Source of the DNA: Ostreococcus lucimarinus
Lineage: Eukaryota
DNA length: 64,000 nt
Direction: 5' to 3' (one strand)
Assembly (NCBI GenBank): GCA_000092065.1
Contig: CP000584.1
Shown here piece after piece: positions 38,121-48,408 of this stretch (position 1 is the stretch's first letter; the number at the start of each line of letters is the position of its first letter). Made by a program: the position numbers and the translations under genes. Below the pieces are notes generated by a model. The model saw only the letters and a program-made list of their open reading frames with translations. It had not been told where the DNA came from and did not search any database.

Positions 38121-40265
38121 ATGCACCTCGAGCGCCTCGTAGCGCCGCCGGCGCCCGCCGCCGGCGCGCCGCTCGACGCGGTCGAAGTCCTCGCGCGCTT
38201 CGTCGCGATGCGAGACGTTCGCGGCGCGACGACGGCGTGCGGCGCCGTCGCGAAGGCGCGTTTCGACGACCGCGTCGTGGAATCCGCGCGCGCGTTCGAG
38301 GTCGCGCTCGACGCGCTCGCGCTCGCGACGGCGCGCGAGGGCGGTGACGCGCTGGGCGCGCGCGCGGCGCGCGTGATCGCCGCGTGCGCGCGCGGACGAC
38401 GGTTCAGAGAGGATGCGTTCGGGTCGCGCGCGGCGACGCGGTGCGCCGCGGCGTTCGCAGAGCGAAGGCGCGGCGAAGGCGCGGCGACGGCGAGCGCGTT
38501 GGCGCTCGCGGCGATCGGAAGCGAAGAGTCGTTCGAGGCGTTGGTGGTGCTGGTGCGATCGGGTATCGGTGCGGTGGCGTTTGAAACGCCGTCGTCGGCG
38601 TTGGAATACGCGTACGCGTACGCGTACGGCGTCGCGGCGGAGCGCGCGAGCGGGACGGCGGCGGCGAGCGCTTTACTCGAAGCTTGGGAACGCGTGGACG
38701 TCGGTGACGAGTATGCGGTGTTACGAAAGTGCCTATTTGGAGGGCGGTCGCTGCGGCGCGTTTTGGAGAGCGTGGTGACGGGTGGGGCGGTGCCGAAGGC
38801 GAACGCGGACGTCGTCGTCGCGGCGTGCGCGAAGGACGGTCGCTGCGGCGCCGTGTACGTCTTATCGGCGATGTATAGATCGAGCGTGGCTTTGAACGAC
38901 GAAGCCATGCGTGCCTCGTGTGGGGTGGCGTTGATGCGTTCGGTCGGCGTCCTCGAGCGCTGGATCGCGTGCACGGCGCGTGACCCGTCGCTGGAAGCGC
39001 GTGCGTTTGCGAGCGTGTCGACGATTTCGGCGTGCTTGGATATGGATGGGCAAAACGGACCGTTACAGTCCGTGCGCGCCGTCGTGGCGCGAGCGACTTG
39101 CAAGATATTCGCTCTCATGAATGTTTCCTTGTTGCAATCGCTAGCGCGCGGGCGGGATCCGCGAGAAGCCTCGAGAATATTAGAGGATCTCACGACGTCG
39201 CCCATTTACATGAATGCGCACTTCATTGCCGAAGCGGTTTCACGAGACGACGGTCTGGATCCGCGGCAATCGCTGCCGATGCTGATGGAATTTTCAAGAA
39301 ACGTATACGACACGGCGCAGGAGCTGGCTGCTTCAGAGTGCGCGGGTTGGACTGACACTTTGGATAATTCAGTTGTGCGCGCGGCGCGTGCGAACATTTA
39401 TGACTTCGCGCTCATTACACTCAAGAACGCTCTACGAGGACGTCTTGAGGCGCATGTCGGTGATGCGATGTTTGTTTTGTCGCACCTTGAATTCGCTAGA
39501 TCAACAAGTCTTGAGTACGCTCAAGTCCTTGGCGCGCTCGCGACGTTGCTGAATAGTTTGCCGTCGAGTAGCGACGCGCCCGCCGCGATGGCGTTTCTCG
39601 CGTCGTTACCCGAGCTCGCGGGCGACGCGTGGCGCGGCGACAAGATTCTCGGCGCTCGAATGCACCTAATCCTCAGGCTACTGCCGTTTGCGTTGTCGAA
39701 GTTTACGACGCCACGCATCATCGTTGATGTGTGTCCTTACGTGCGTCGATGTTGCGACCACGAGGCGAAGCACGTCGTGAAAGCGGCGCACGTGGCGTAC
39801 GTGGGCATTTTCCACGCGCGTCCAGAACTCAACGGACAGTTGTTCCCAGACTATCTTCGAATGTCGCTCGAACGATACCCTGCATCCACGCCCCTAGAGC
39901 CGCTCGTCGCTGCTGTTGGATTGGTGACCAAGTTCGGCGAAGCTGGAAGTGAGTTGGCGCTCTTCGTCGCGCGCGAGCTCTCTGAAAAGGTGAAGAACAT
40001 GGACGCGGCGCCGCCAACGATGAGTTCAGAAGACCCGCCGGTCGAGCCTCTGAGACGATTACTCTTTCAGCTCGTCACTTTGGTCGACTTTCCACTCATA
40101 CCTGTCATACAGGACATCTTAGAGGATGCCGTTTTAGATAGCTCGGACCCGTTCACGAGAGCGAGGCGGCACGAGACGCTCGCATACACGGTGATGCGAT
40201 GCCCGGATTACGCGCGAAAGCCGATGATGGTTGATTGGGTGATGCAAATGAATAGCAAGTTGTGA
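38121..40265 (+). CDS. Hypothetical alpha-helical (ARM/HEAT-like) protein, 714 aa.
   Basis: Long ORF with globular-looking composition (C, W, Y, F, M, I present). The antisense ORF 38057..39205 is S/A/R-rich low complexity and is rejected. No family recognised. Confidence 0.55.
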   Translation: MHLERLVAPPAPAAGAPLDAVEVLARFVAMRDVRGATTACGAVAKARFDDRVVESARAFEVALDALALATAREGGDALGARAARVIAACARGRRFREDAFGSRAATRCAAAFAERRRGEGAATASALALAAIGSEESFEALVVLVRSGIGAVAFETPSSALEYAYAYAYGVAAERASGTAAASALLEAWERVDVGDEYAVLRKCLFGGRSLRRVLESVVTGGAVPKANADVVVAACAKDGRCGAVYVLSAMYRSSVALNDEAMRASCGVALMRSVGVLERWIACTARDPSLEARAFASVSTISACLDMDGQNGPLQSVRAVVARATCKIFALMNVSLLQSLARGRDPREASRILEDLTTSPIYMNAHFIAEAVSRDDGLDPRQSLPMLMEFSRNVYDTAQELAASECAGWTDTLDNSVVRAARANIYDFALITLKNALRGRLEAHVGDAMFVLSHLEFARSTSLEYAQVLGALATLLNSLPSSSDAPAAMAFLASLPELAGDAWRGDKILGARMHLILRLLPFALSKFTTPRIIVDVCPYVRRCCDHEAKHVVKAAHVAYVGIFHARPELNGQLFPDYLRMSLERYPASTPLEPLVAAVGLVTKFGEAGSELALFVARELSEKVKNMDAAPPTMSSEDPPVEPLRRLLFQLVTLVDFPLIPVIQDILEDAVLDSSDPFTRARRHETLAYTVMRCPDYARKPMMVDWVMQMNSKL

Positions 40266-40320
40266 ATAGTAAGCTGTAGAACAAGCTTTAGAAATTCAGT
40301 AAGACTGGTGTAACAACTGC

Positions 40321-41802
40321 TTAGCGCGCGAAAGGAATGGATTTGCGAATGTCTTCTAAAAATCCCACTGGATCTTTTTGAAACGTCTCTATTCCGTCTT
40401 GAATCCACTTCGACCCGAGCTTGAGACGATGTTCGTTTGTGGGCATACGATAGAGGTACGCCAGCCGCCGCAGCGCCGCCGCAGCAGGTCCCTCTAACGT
40501 GATGTCGCCGACGGGAAACGCGACGGCGGCGTCAAGACTACCGAGAACCATCATATCGCCGAGGTGTTGGTAGCGAAACGGAAGCTCCGTTCGTCCGTTC
40601 ATCGAAGCCCAGATGTTCCAGGCCGCGTAGTCGGCCTGTTGGAACGCCACTTGCGCCGTGGACGGTAAGTGGTCCCAGTCCGCGTTCATCACCTCGGCCG
40701 AGCTCGAAGAAGCGTCACCCACGGCATAAATGCGCGAGTGTCCATTCACTCGAAGCGTCGCGTCCGTTTTGATTTTGCGCGCCGGCGTCGTCGCCACGGG
40801 CCAATCACTCGGTGTTTCTGCGCGCTGCCCGACGGTCCAGCAAACGAGGTCGTATGTCTCAACTCCTTCTGCCCCATCGTCGTCGGCGAGAGTGATTTTT
40901 GACGCGGTACTCACAGTCTCTTCGTCGTTTGCGACTTTGTCCAGACGCATGACTCGACCGCCGACGACGTTGACCCGCGCCTTTTCGAGCACTCGCAGCG
41001 CCGCTTCGCGTTGCCCTGGCGGCGCCGTCGCCATCACGCGCTTATTTGGCGTGATCACATCCACCACACCGTTCGTTGATTTCCCATTCAAGCGCTCGGC
41101 GATCACCGAAGCCAACTCTACGCCCGACAGCCCGCCGCCGATGACGGCGACGCGCGCGTCTCGCCCCGCGCGTTCAAGCTCCCCGAGCACTCCCGCGATC
41201 CGCACCGCATCTTCCGCCGTGTTCAGCGCCACCGCACACTCTCTCGCTCCCGCCACACCTCCATCGCTCGTCGACGTCCCGAGCGCGAGCACCAAGTAAT
41301 CGTACGCCAGCGTCGTCCCGTCCCCGAGCGTAATCGACCCTCCCGTCGCGCTGTACGGCGTCCCATCCCGCATCGTACCCCTGTCCTCCGGCTCGAACGA
41401 CACGACTTCACCCTTCACGTGCGTCACCTTCGTCGGCTTCAGCAGCTCTTCGAACGTCGGCGCCACCTCCCACGGCTCCAGCGTCTCGTTGACGAGTTCG
41501 TACAGCAGCGGCTTGAACACGAACGCCTCCGCGCGATCGACCACGGTGATCTCCGGCCTCGTCTCGCCCGCCCACTCGAGCGAGTCCAGCCGCAGGGCGG
41601 TGTAGAGCCCGCCGAATCCACCGCCGAGGACGACGACGCGCCGCGGCGAGGACGAGGACGAAGGTTCGGCGGTCGCTCGAGGCGACGTCACGCATCTTTT
41701 ATCGGGACGCGCGCGAAGCGAACGCGCGCGGGACGGCGCGCGACGCGTCGAACGCGTCGAGCACGATGCGTCGAACGCGGTGCGCGCGATCGAAGGAGGC
41801 AT
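40321..41802 (-). CDS. Type II NADH dehydrogenase (NDH-2, alternative rotenone-insensitive NAD(P)H dehydrogenase) with an N-terminal presequence.
   Basis: Two dinucleotide-binding motifs (VVVLGGGFGGLYTA; RVAVIGGGLSGVELA) and a conserved NDH-2 core. The ORF's first codon is GTG; the real ATG is 3 nt downstream (41802). Confidence 0.9.
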   Translation of the reverse strand: MPPSIARTAFDASCSTRSTRRAPSRARSLRARPDKRCVTSPRATAEPSSSSSPRRVVVLGGGFGGLYTALRLDSLEWAGETRPEITVVDRAEAFVFKPLLYELVNETLEPWEVAPTFEELLKPTKVTHVKGEVVSFEPEDRGTMRDGTPYSATGGSITLGDGTTLAYDYLVLALGTSTSDGGVAGARECAVALNTAEDAVRIAGVLGELERAGRDARVAVIGGGLSGVELASVIAERLNGKSTNGVVDVITPNKRVMATAPPGQREAALRVLEKARVNVVGGRVMRLDKVANDEETVSTASKITLADDDGAEGVETYDLVCWTVGQRAETPSDWPVATTPARKIKTDATLRVNGHSRIYAVGDASSSSAEVMNADWDHLPSTAQVAFQQADYAAWNIWASMNGRTELPFRYQHLGDMMVLGSLDAAVAFPVGDITLEGPAAAALRRLAYLYRMPTNEHRLKLGSKWIQDGIETFQKDPVGFLEDIRKSIPFAR

Positions 41803-41979
41803 CACGGCGCGGGCGCGCGCGTCGGTGTGACGAACGACTCGGCGGACGACGCGAACGACGCGAACGCGCGGCGGACAACGCGAAGGCGAAAGACGCCGCG
41901 CGCGATGGGCTACGCACGTCGTGGACTACACATTACATCGAAAATTATTTCTACGATCGCGAGACGGTCGGCGGCGCGC

Positions 41980-42648
41980 TCACCCCATCGTCTCGCGCGG
42001 CGCGCCGTCGGCGGCGCGCGCGTACAACTTTTGCGTTTCGTCGAGGGCGACGTGCGCGAAGCAATAACTCACGCACGGCATCGACCGCGCCTCGCACGAA
42101 GGTTCCTGACACACCGACGTCGTCCCTTCGAGCGCGCGCGCGGCCTCGGCCTCCTCCGCGGCGTCGCGCGATCCCCCGTGTCCGCGTCGTAACTCAAACC
42201 TTCGATGCTTCTTGCGCAACTCCTCGAGCAGGCGCCAATACTGATCCCTATACATCGACCGAAGCTCGCGCATGCGCTTCAACCGTCGCTCGACGAGCGC
42301 TCGCTGCGTCGTGTTCCCGTCGTCGTCGTCGTCGGCATCGTCGCCGTCCGCACCGACCGACTCGCGTCTCGCGTCGTCGTCGTCGTCGTCGTCGTCGAGC
42401 GCGTCGTCGAGCGCGTCGTCGTCGAAGCCGAGCGCCGCGCGAAACTTGGCGCGAAGCGCGACGTCGCGATCGACGACGTTCGCGCGCGTTCCGTTCGTCG
42501 TCGTCGTCTCGTCCGCGCGCGTCGTCGTCGCCGCGTCCGCGCCGCCGTCGCGCGTCGCGCCTTCGCCGCCCAATCCTCGTCCTTTCCCGTCCTCGTTCGC
42601 GTCGCTCGCCGCGCGCGCGCCTCCCCGCGCCCCTCCCGCGTCGCGCAT
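41980..42648 (-). CDS. Small acidic/basic nuclear-type protein with a C-terminal Cys/His cluster (C-x4-C-x6-C-x3-C-x-A-H), possibly a KANSL2/INO80D-like zf-C3Hc3H finger.
   Basis: Minus-strand ORF with an Asp-rich run, a basic helix (RMRELRSMYRDQYWRLLEELRKKHRRFELRR) and CQEPSCEARSMPCVSYCFAHV. The plus-strand reading of the same DNA is poly-Arg junk. Family assignment is tentative. Confidence 0.5.
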   Translation of the reverse strand: MRDAGGARGGARAASDANEDGKGRGLGGEGATRDGGADAATTTRADETTTTNGTRANVVDRDVALRAKFRAALGFDDDALDDALDDDDDDDDARRESVGADGDDADDDDDGNTTQRALVERRLKRMRELRSMYRDQYWRLLEELRKKHRRFELRRGHGGSRDAAEEAEAARALEGTTSVCQEPSCEARSMPCVSYCFAHVALDETQKLYARAADGAPRETMG

Positions 42649-42734
42649 GTTCACCCGCGGTCCGATCGCGCGCGGTTTCGTCGCGCGCGGTCGCGCGCGC
42701 CGCGCAGTGCGTCGTCACACGTCGACGCGCCGCG

Positions 42735-44420
42735 ATGCGATGCCGACGCGCCGTCGCGCCGTCCGAGCCGCTCGCGGCGCGCGCGCGGCCTCGCGACGCG
42801 CGGCGCGCGGCCCGGCGACGCGCGACGCGCGCGCGCGCGTCGTCGACCGCGGTCGATCTCGATCGCGCGCTCGAGCGCGCGCGAGACGCGGTGAACGCGA
42901 ATGAGAATTTGGCGTACGGTTTGTGGGGACACGGGAAGCACCTCGGATTGCCCGCGAAATGGTACCTGCGCGTGGACGACGACGGGTTCGTGGAGGAGAC
43001 GATGAACGCGGAGCTGTGCTACGTGAGCGGACGAGCGAAAGGGCGCGCGGGTGGGTGCTGGGAGGTTGATTTCAGTGGGTACGCGCAGGCGCTGGAGCTG
43101 GACGACGCGGAGGCGTCGACGATGAGCGCGTGGACGCGAAGCGGATACTGGGCCACGCAGGAGTGCGTGAACGAACACTTAGAGCTGACGCTTCGTGACC
43201 GCACGGAAGAGGACGCGCGCGATGGGGTGGTGAGGATGGGGATGAAACTTCGCGGCGGGCGAGTGACGAGCGAGTTGACGCTCGACGCGACGGCGTGGAC
43301 GCCGAAGAAGCTCGCGGTGGCGGTGTGCGGTGACGAGGACTTGTGGACGTTCGATGATTGGACGACGAGTGCGTGCGGGGTGACGTACGCGCGAACGACG
43401 AAGCTGTACGGGGCGAACGGTGGGGTGCAGGAATTCATCGCCGACGGCGTCGCGTGGGGGCGCGGGAAGGAGGGGCGTAAGATTTTTGAGAAACCGACGA
43501 TCGCGACGCCGACGGTGACGGTCGATCCCGATTCGAGTTCGGAGGTGCCGGTCATTCGAGCGTCGTCGTCGCACGTGTTGGTTGAGCCGTTAATCGATGG
43601 TAAGAGCGCGGGACCGTTTATATTAGACACGGGCGCGAGCGGTTTAGTCATCACGCCAAAAGCCGCGAAAACGCTCGGTCTTCGCGCGTTCGGCGAAGTG
43701 CACGTCTCCGGGGTCTCCGGGCGCGTACCTTGTCAGTTTCGTCGGGGGAACAAACTCAAGCTCGGGCCACTGACGCTGCAGAAGCCGCTGTTCATGGAGA
43801 TGGGATTGGACGGCATCGTGAGCGGGGCGTCGAAACCCATCGCCGGAATAATCGGATTCGATGCCTTCAAAAGTGCAATTTTGAGTGTCTCGGAAGGAGG
43901 CGAGCGTGTTAATATTTACGACTCGAGGCAACTGAGTGCGATCGATGAGGACTGGGCGTGGCAGGAACTTCGACTCGTGTCCAACGTGCCGCACGTGGCC
44001 GCGACGTTCTCTGGCGTCAACGATGCGCACAAAACCGAACCAAACATTTTCATGATTGATAGTGGTGCAGGCGGCGCGGACGTGATTTTTCATTCCAAAG
44101 CGGTTGATGAGCTCGGTTTGAGCGATCTTCTCGACTCCGAAGGCAGAAGAGTTTCCAGTCGCGTGCGAGGCGTGAGCGGCGCTAACGGCGAGAGTGGCGG
44201 CGCCACGCTGACGTACCGTACGACGATGGAATGGCTGCAACTCGTCAGCGCCGATGCCAAGGGTGAGTGCGTGCGTTTTGAAAACATCGACACTTTATTA
44301 GCTTCGGGAGAGGGTTTCAGTCTCTCCGAGCACAGTTGTGGGATGATTTGCGCGAGATTATTAGGTAAGAAAACGATCGTCTACGACGTGCCTCGCCGGC
44401 GCATCGCCTTCATTGAATGA
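42735..44420 (+). CDS. Aspartic peptidase-like protein with two D(T/S)GA catalytic-type motifs (bilobed pepsin-like or duplicated retropepsin-like) and a presequence-like N-terminus.
   Basis: FILDTGASGLVI and FMIDSGAGGADVI, each followed by a hydrophobic-G-hydrophobic segment, sit about 140 aa apart. 561 aa, starting at the MRCRR Met (position from residue counting). The part of ORF 41766..44420 upstream of this Met is antisense junk of the neighbouring gene. Confidence 0.6.
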   Translation: MRCRRAVAPSEPLAARARPRDARRAARRRATRARASSTAVDLDRALERARDAVNANENLAYGLWGHGKHLGLPAKWYLRVDDDGFVEETMNAELCYVSGRAKGRAGGCWEVDFSGYAQALELDDAEASTMSAWTRSGYWATQECVNEHLELTLRDRTEEDARDGVVRMGMKLRGGRVTSELTLDATAWTPKKLAVAVCGDEDLWTFDDWTTSACGVTYARTTKLYGANGGVQEFIADGVAWGRGKEGRKIFEKPTIATPTVTVDPDSSSEVPVIRASSSHVLVEPLIDGKSAGPFILDTGASGLVITPKAAKTLGLRAFGEVHVSGVSGRVPCQFRRGNKLKLGPLTLQKPLFMEMGLDGIVSGASKPIAGIIGFDAFKSAILSVSEGGERVNIYDSRQLSAIDEDWAWQELRLVSNVPHVAATFSGVNDAHKTEPNIFMIDSGAGGADVIFHSKAVDELGLSDLLDSEGRRVSSRVRGVSGANGESGGATLTYRTTMEWLQLVSADAKGECVRFENIDTLLASGEGFSLSEHSCGMICARLLGKKTIVYDVPRRRIAFIE

Positions 44421-44457
44421 AAAAATATAGCGTTTGTATTAATGAATCTCGACTATT

Positions 44458-45828
44458 TTAGACTTCAGGCACTTGCGGAAGATGCATTATCTTATCAACC
44501 GCCGTTTTCGCGTCCATGTGCCCGTCCAAGATGCTCGCCACCGCGGTGAGCACGGGCAAGTGCACTCGGTATCTCTTCGCTAATTGTACGACGGCAGCCG
44601 CCGTCGCGACACCCTCAGCCACTTGGTTCATGGACCCTAACACTTCTTCCAAGGTCTCGCCAGAGCCTAATCTCACACCAACTGTGCGGTTTCGGCTCAA
44701 GTTGACGAAACACGTGAGCATGATATCGCCGGTACCGCTCACGCCCGCGAGCGTCTCCGGTCGGGCGCCCATCTTCCCGGCGAGCCAGCGAATCTCAGCC
44801 ACGCCCTGCGCCACGAGCGCAGCCATGGCGTTGTTGCCGAGCTCCAACCCTTCGACAATACCCGCCGCGATCGCCAAGACATTCTTCATCGCGCCCGAAA
44901 GCTCGACACCGGTCACATCGGTGCTCGTGTTCACTCGAAGACACGACGACCCGAAGAGCTGTTGCACGCTTATCGCCAAACTTTCATCCTCGCTCGCGGC
45001 GACTATGGTCGTGGGCAACCCTTGCATCAGCTCCACCGCGAACGTCGGTCCAGAAAGCACCGCGAGCGGCTGATCGCGTCCCAATCCAGAGGGAATGATT
45101 TCGCTCATCATATCGCACGTCCCCGTCTCCAATCCTTTACTCAAGCACAGCATCGGCGTCTTGGGATCGATGTAATCCTTCACCCCCGCCAAAAACTTCC
45201 GCGATTGTTGCACCGGAACGGCGTGAATGATAAAGTCGCACCCCGCCAGCGCCTCCTTCGCGTCCGTGGACGCCCGTATGTTCACCGGCAGCGAGTACTT
45301 TGGCAAATACTTTACGTTTCTATGCTCCTCGTTCAACGCCCTCGCGTCGTCTTCGTTCCGCATCAATATCACGACGTCCAAATCCGCCTTATTCCTCGCC
45401 AACAGCGTCGCCATCGCCGTTCCAAAGCTCCCACCGCCCATGATCGCCACCTTCTTCGAGCTCTGCAGCACGCTCTCGTCGTTCGCGTGCGCGCTCTCCA
45501 CGAACGCCGCCCAGCGCATGATTTTATCCCACTCCGAGCCGATCGCCGCGCGATCCGCCTCGCTCACGCCCGCGCGGAACGCGTCGTACGCGCTCGCCGC
45601 CGTCGTCGTCCCGCGTCGCCGCGCCGCGCGCGCGTTCGCGCGCTCGCGCGTCGTCGTCGCCGTCGCCGTCGCGGATAGCGCGCGTCCCGCGCTCGTCGCC
45701 GTCGTCGTCGCGCGCGTCCTCGCGCGTCGCCGCGCCGGCGCGTCGCGTCGTCGCGCGCGTCCTCGCGCGTCCTCGCGCGTCGCCGCGCGCGCGCCGGCGC
45801 TCGAGCGCGTCGCCGTCGCCGTCGCCAT
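44458..45828 (-). CDS. NAD+-dependent glycerol-3-phosphate dehydrogenase (GpsA/plastid-type) with a transit-peptide-like N-terminus.
   Basis: KVAIMGGGSFGTAMA, the core ...GTCDMMSEII..., and the C-terminal GVSGTGDIMLTCF...NRTVG.LGSG. The ORF's first codon is GTG; the real ATG is at 45828. Confidence 0.9.
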   Translation of the reverse strand: MATATATRSSAGARAATREDARGRARRRDAPARRRARTRATTTATSAGRALSATATATTTRERANARAARRRGTTTAASAYDAFRAGVSEADRAAIGSEWDKIMRWAAFVESAHANDESVLQSSKKVAIMGGGSFGTAMATLLARNKADLDVVILMRNEDDARALNEEHRNVKYLPKYSLPVNIRASTDAKEALAGCDFIIHAVPVQQSRKFLAGVKDYIDPKTPMLCLSKGLETGTCDMMSEIIPSGLGRDQPLAVLSGPTFAVELMQGLPTTIVAASEDESLAISVQQLFGSSCLRVNTSTDVTGVELSGAMKNVLAIAAGIVEGLELGNNAMAALVAQGVAEIRWLAGKMGARPETLAGVSGTGDIMLTCFVNLSRNRTVGVRLGSGETLEEVLGSMNQVAEGVATAAAVVQLAKRYRVHLPVLTAVASILDGHMDAKTAVDKIMHLPQVPEV

Positions 45829-45917
45829 GGTCGTCACGCGGTCGGTCGTCGCGCAGTGCCGCGACCGCGGTTCAAATTCGCGCGCGTCGTCGCCCGCACG
45901 GCGCGACGCACGCGCCC

Positions 45918-48284
45918 ATGCGCGCCGCGAACGCCGCCGCGCGGTCCCACGGATCGTGGACGACGCGCGCGCGACGCGACGCGCGCTCCAGCGCCGGAGG
46001 CGCGACGACGCGACGCGCGCGAGTCGCGATGCCGCGACCGCCAGCGCTGGCGACGACGACGACGACGCGCGAGGGACGCGCGACGCGCGACGCGACGCGG
46101 ACGAACGCGGTCGACAGCGCGAAGAGCGTCGACGTCGACGCGACGACGACGCGGGACGGCGCGGAGGCGATCGCGCGGGACGAGGGACTGCGAGGACACG
46201 AGGAACACTTGAAGTATCGGTACGCGACGTATCGAGCGCGGCGAGAGGCGATCGAAAGCGCGGAGGGATCGCTGGATGCGTTTTCGAAATCGTACGAAAA
46301 GTACGGGTTTAACGCGGATGAAAAGAGCGGGGAGATCACGTACCGGGAGTGGGCGCCGGCGGCGGCGCACTGCGCGTTGATCGGGGACTTTAACGGGTGG
46401 AACGGCGAGGCGACGGCGATGACGCGGGACGAGTACGGAACGTGGGAGGTGAAGCTGCCGAAGGGAGCGATCGAGCACGGATCTCGGGTGAAGGTGAGGA
46501 TTTTTACCGGGGATGGCGCGCAGATCGATCGCGTGCCGGCGTGGGTGCGCCGGGCGACGGTCGAGGAGGGAGTGATGGGCGCCGGATACGACGGCGTCTA
46601 CTGGGCGCCCGAGGAAAAGTACGAGTTCAAACACGCGGCGCCGAAAAAGCCGCAGGCGTCGCGAATTTACGAAGCGCACGTTGGGATGAGCTCGAACGAT
46701 GCCAAGGTGAACTCTTACCGCGAGTTCGCCGATGATGTTTTGCCGAGAATCGCCGCCGGTGGGTACAACACCGTGCAACTCATGGCGGTGATGGAGCACG
46801 CGTACTACGGATCCTTCGGCTACCACGTCACGAGTCCGTTCGCGGTGTCGTCGCGAAGCGGGACGCCTGAAGACTTGAAGTACTTGGTCGACAAGGCGCA
46901 CGGCTTGGGCGTGCGCGTGTTGCTCGATATCGTGCACTCGCACGCGTCGAGCAACGTCAATGACGGCATCGCCGGATTTGATTTCGGACAACGCGCCGAG
47001 GATTCGTACTTCGGTCAAGGCGAGGCTGGCTATCACTGGTTGTGGGACTCTCGCCTGTACAAGTACGACAACTGGGAAGTGTTGCGGTATTTGCTCTCGA
47101 ACTTACGCTACTGGGTCGACGAGTACAAATTGGACGGCTTCCGATTCGACGGCGTCACGTCGATGCTGTACCATCACCACGGATTACAAATGGAATTTTC
47201 CGGTGATTACGAACAATACTTTTCTACCGCCACGAACGTCGACGGTGTTGTGTACTTGATGCTCGCGAACGAGATGCTTCACTCGTTGTACCCTGAAATT
47301 GAAGTCATCGCGGAGGACGTGAGCGGCATGCCCACGTTGTGCTTGCCCGTCAACGAAGGCGGCGTCGGTTTCGACGCTCGTTTGGCCATGTCCATCCCCG
47401 ACTTTTGGGTGAAGTATCTGAAAGAACGCCCCGATGAGCAATGGAGCATGTTCGAAATGGTGAGCACGCTGTGCAACCGCCGTTACACCGAGAAGGCCAT
47501 CGCGTACGTCGAGTCGCACGATCAATCCATCGTCGGCGACAAGACGACGGCGTTTTGGTTGATGGATGCGGAAATGTACTCTGGTATGTCCACTTTGAAC
47601 GAACCATCCATCGTGATCCAACGCGGCATCGCGCTTCACAAGATGATGCGTCTCGTCACCGCTTCTCTCGGCGGTGAGGGCTACCTTACCTTCATGGGCA
47701 ACGAGTTCGGGCATCCCGAGTGGGTGGATTTCCCGCGCGAAGGCAACAACTGGAGCCACGACTACTGCCGCCGACGCTGGGACTTGGCCGACGCCGACCA
47801 CTTGCGTTACCAACACCTTCTCAAGTTCGACAAAGCCATGCTCGCGCTGGACAACGATTACCCGTACATGGGTGCCGCCCACCAACACGTGAGCACCGCC
47901 GACGACGGTCGCCAGATCCTCGTCTTCGAGCGCGGCGACCTCCTCTTCGTCTTCAACTTCCATCCCACGAACACGTACGAAGGGCTCGAGATCGGCGTCC
48001 CCGAGCAAGGCAAATACCGTCTCGCTCTCGATACCGACGCCGGTGAATTCGGCGGCGCCTCCCGATGCGGTTTCGGCGTCGATCACTTCACCTCGCCCGA
48101 GCCCGTCGAGAGCTGGGTCGGCCCGTACGAGCAAACGCCTCGCGCGGCGAAGATGTTCGTCTTATCGCCCAGTCGCAGCGCTCAGGTGTACTACCGCGTG
48201 CACGAGCACACGCCCGTATCTTCCGAGCCATCGACCGAGGATATCGTGCGCGAGAACGACGCCTCCGCCTCCAACGCGCGTTAG
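45918..48284 (+). CDS. SBE: 1,4-alpha-glucan (starch) branching enzyme, GH13.
   Basis: YEAHVGMSS, GYNTVQLMAVMEH, YHVTSPFAVSSRSGTPEDLKYLVDKAHGLGVRVLLDIVHSHAS, FRFDGVTSMLYHHHG, GNEFGHPEW - the canonical SBE catalytic regions. Alternative start Met at ~46029. Confidence 0.95.
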   Translation: MRAANAAARSHGSWTTRARRDARSSAGGATTRRARVAMPRPPALATTTTTREGRATRDATRTNAVDSAKSVDVDATTTRDGAEAIARDEGLRGHEEHLKYRYATYRARREAIESAEGSLDAFSKSYEKYGFNADEKSGEITYREWAPAAAHCALIGDFNGWNGEATAMTRDEYGTWEVKLPKGAIEHGSRVKVRIFTGDGAQIDRVPAWVRRATVEEGVMGAGYDGVYWAPEEKYEFKHAAPKKPQASRIYEAHVGMSSNDAKVNSYREFADDVLPRIAAGGYNTVQLMAVMEHAYYGSFGYHVTSPFAVSSRSGTPEDLKYLVDKAHGLGVRVLLDIVHSHASSNVNDGIAGFDFGQRAEDSYFGQGEAGYHWLWDSRLYKYDNWEVLRYLLSNLRYWVDEYKLDGFRFDGVTSMLYHHHGLQMEFSGDYEQYFSTATNVDGVVYLMLANEMLHSLYPEIEVIAEDVSGMPTLCLPVNEGGVGFDARLAMSIPDFWVKYLKERPDEQWSMFEMVSTLCNRRYTEKAIAYVESHDQSIVGDKTTAFWLMDAEMYSGMSTLNEPSIVIQRGIALHKMMRLVTASLGGEGYLTFMGNEFGHPEWVDFPREGNNWSHDYCRRRWDLADADHLRYQHLLKFDKAMLALDNDYPYMGAAHQHVSTADDGRQILVFERGDLLFVFNFHPTNTYEGLEIGVPEQGKYRLALDTDAGEFGGASRCGFGVDHFTSPEPVESWVGPYEQTPRAAKMFVLSPSRSAQVYYRVHEHTPVSSEPSTEDIVRENDASASNAR

Positions 48285-48408
48285 CTTTAGAGACGTTGCG
48301 ACGTTGCGACCCTAAACCGCCGCCCGCGCCCCGCGAATCCCTCCACCATTCGTCGCGCGCTCGCGTCACACGCCCGCGCGCGCTCGCGGCGCGAGCCACC
48401 ACGCGCCG

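Noticed and set aside
38057-39205. 382-aa minus-strand ORF antisense to the 38121..40265 gene.
   Set aside because: S/A/T/R-rich low complexity, whereas the plus-strand ORF is twice as long with globular composition.
45834-48134. 400-aa and 316-aa minus-strand ORFs antisense to the starch branching enzyme.
   Set aside because: The sense strand carries unmistakable GH13 branching-enzyme motifs. The antisense frames are R/V/G-rich.
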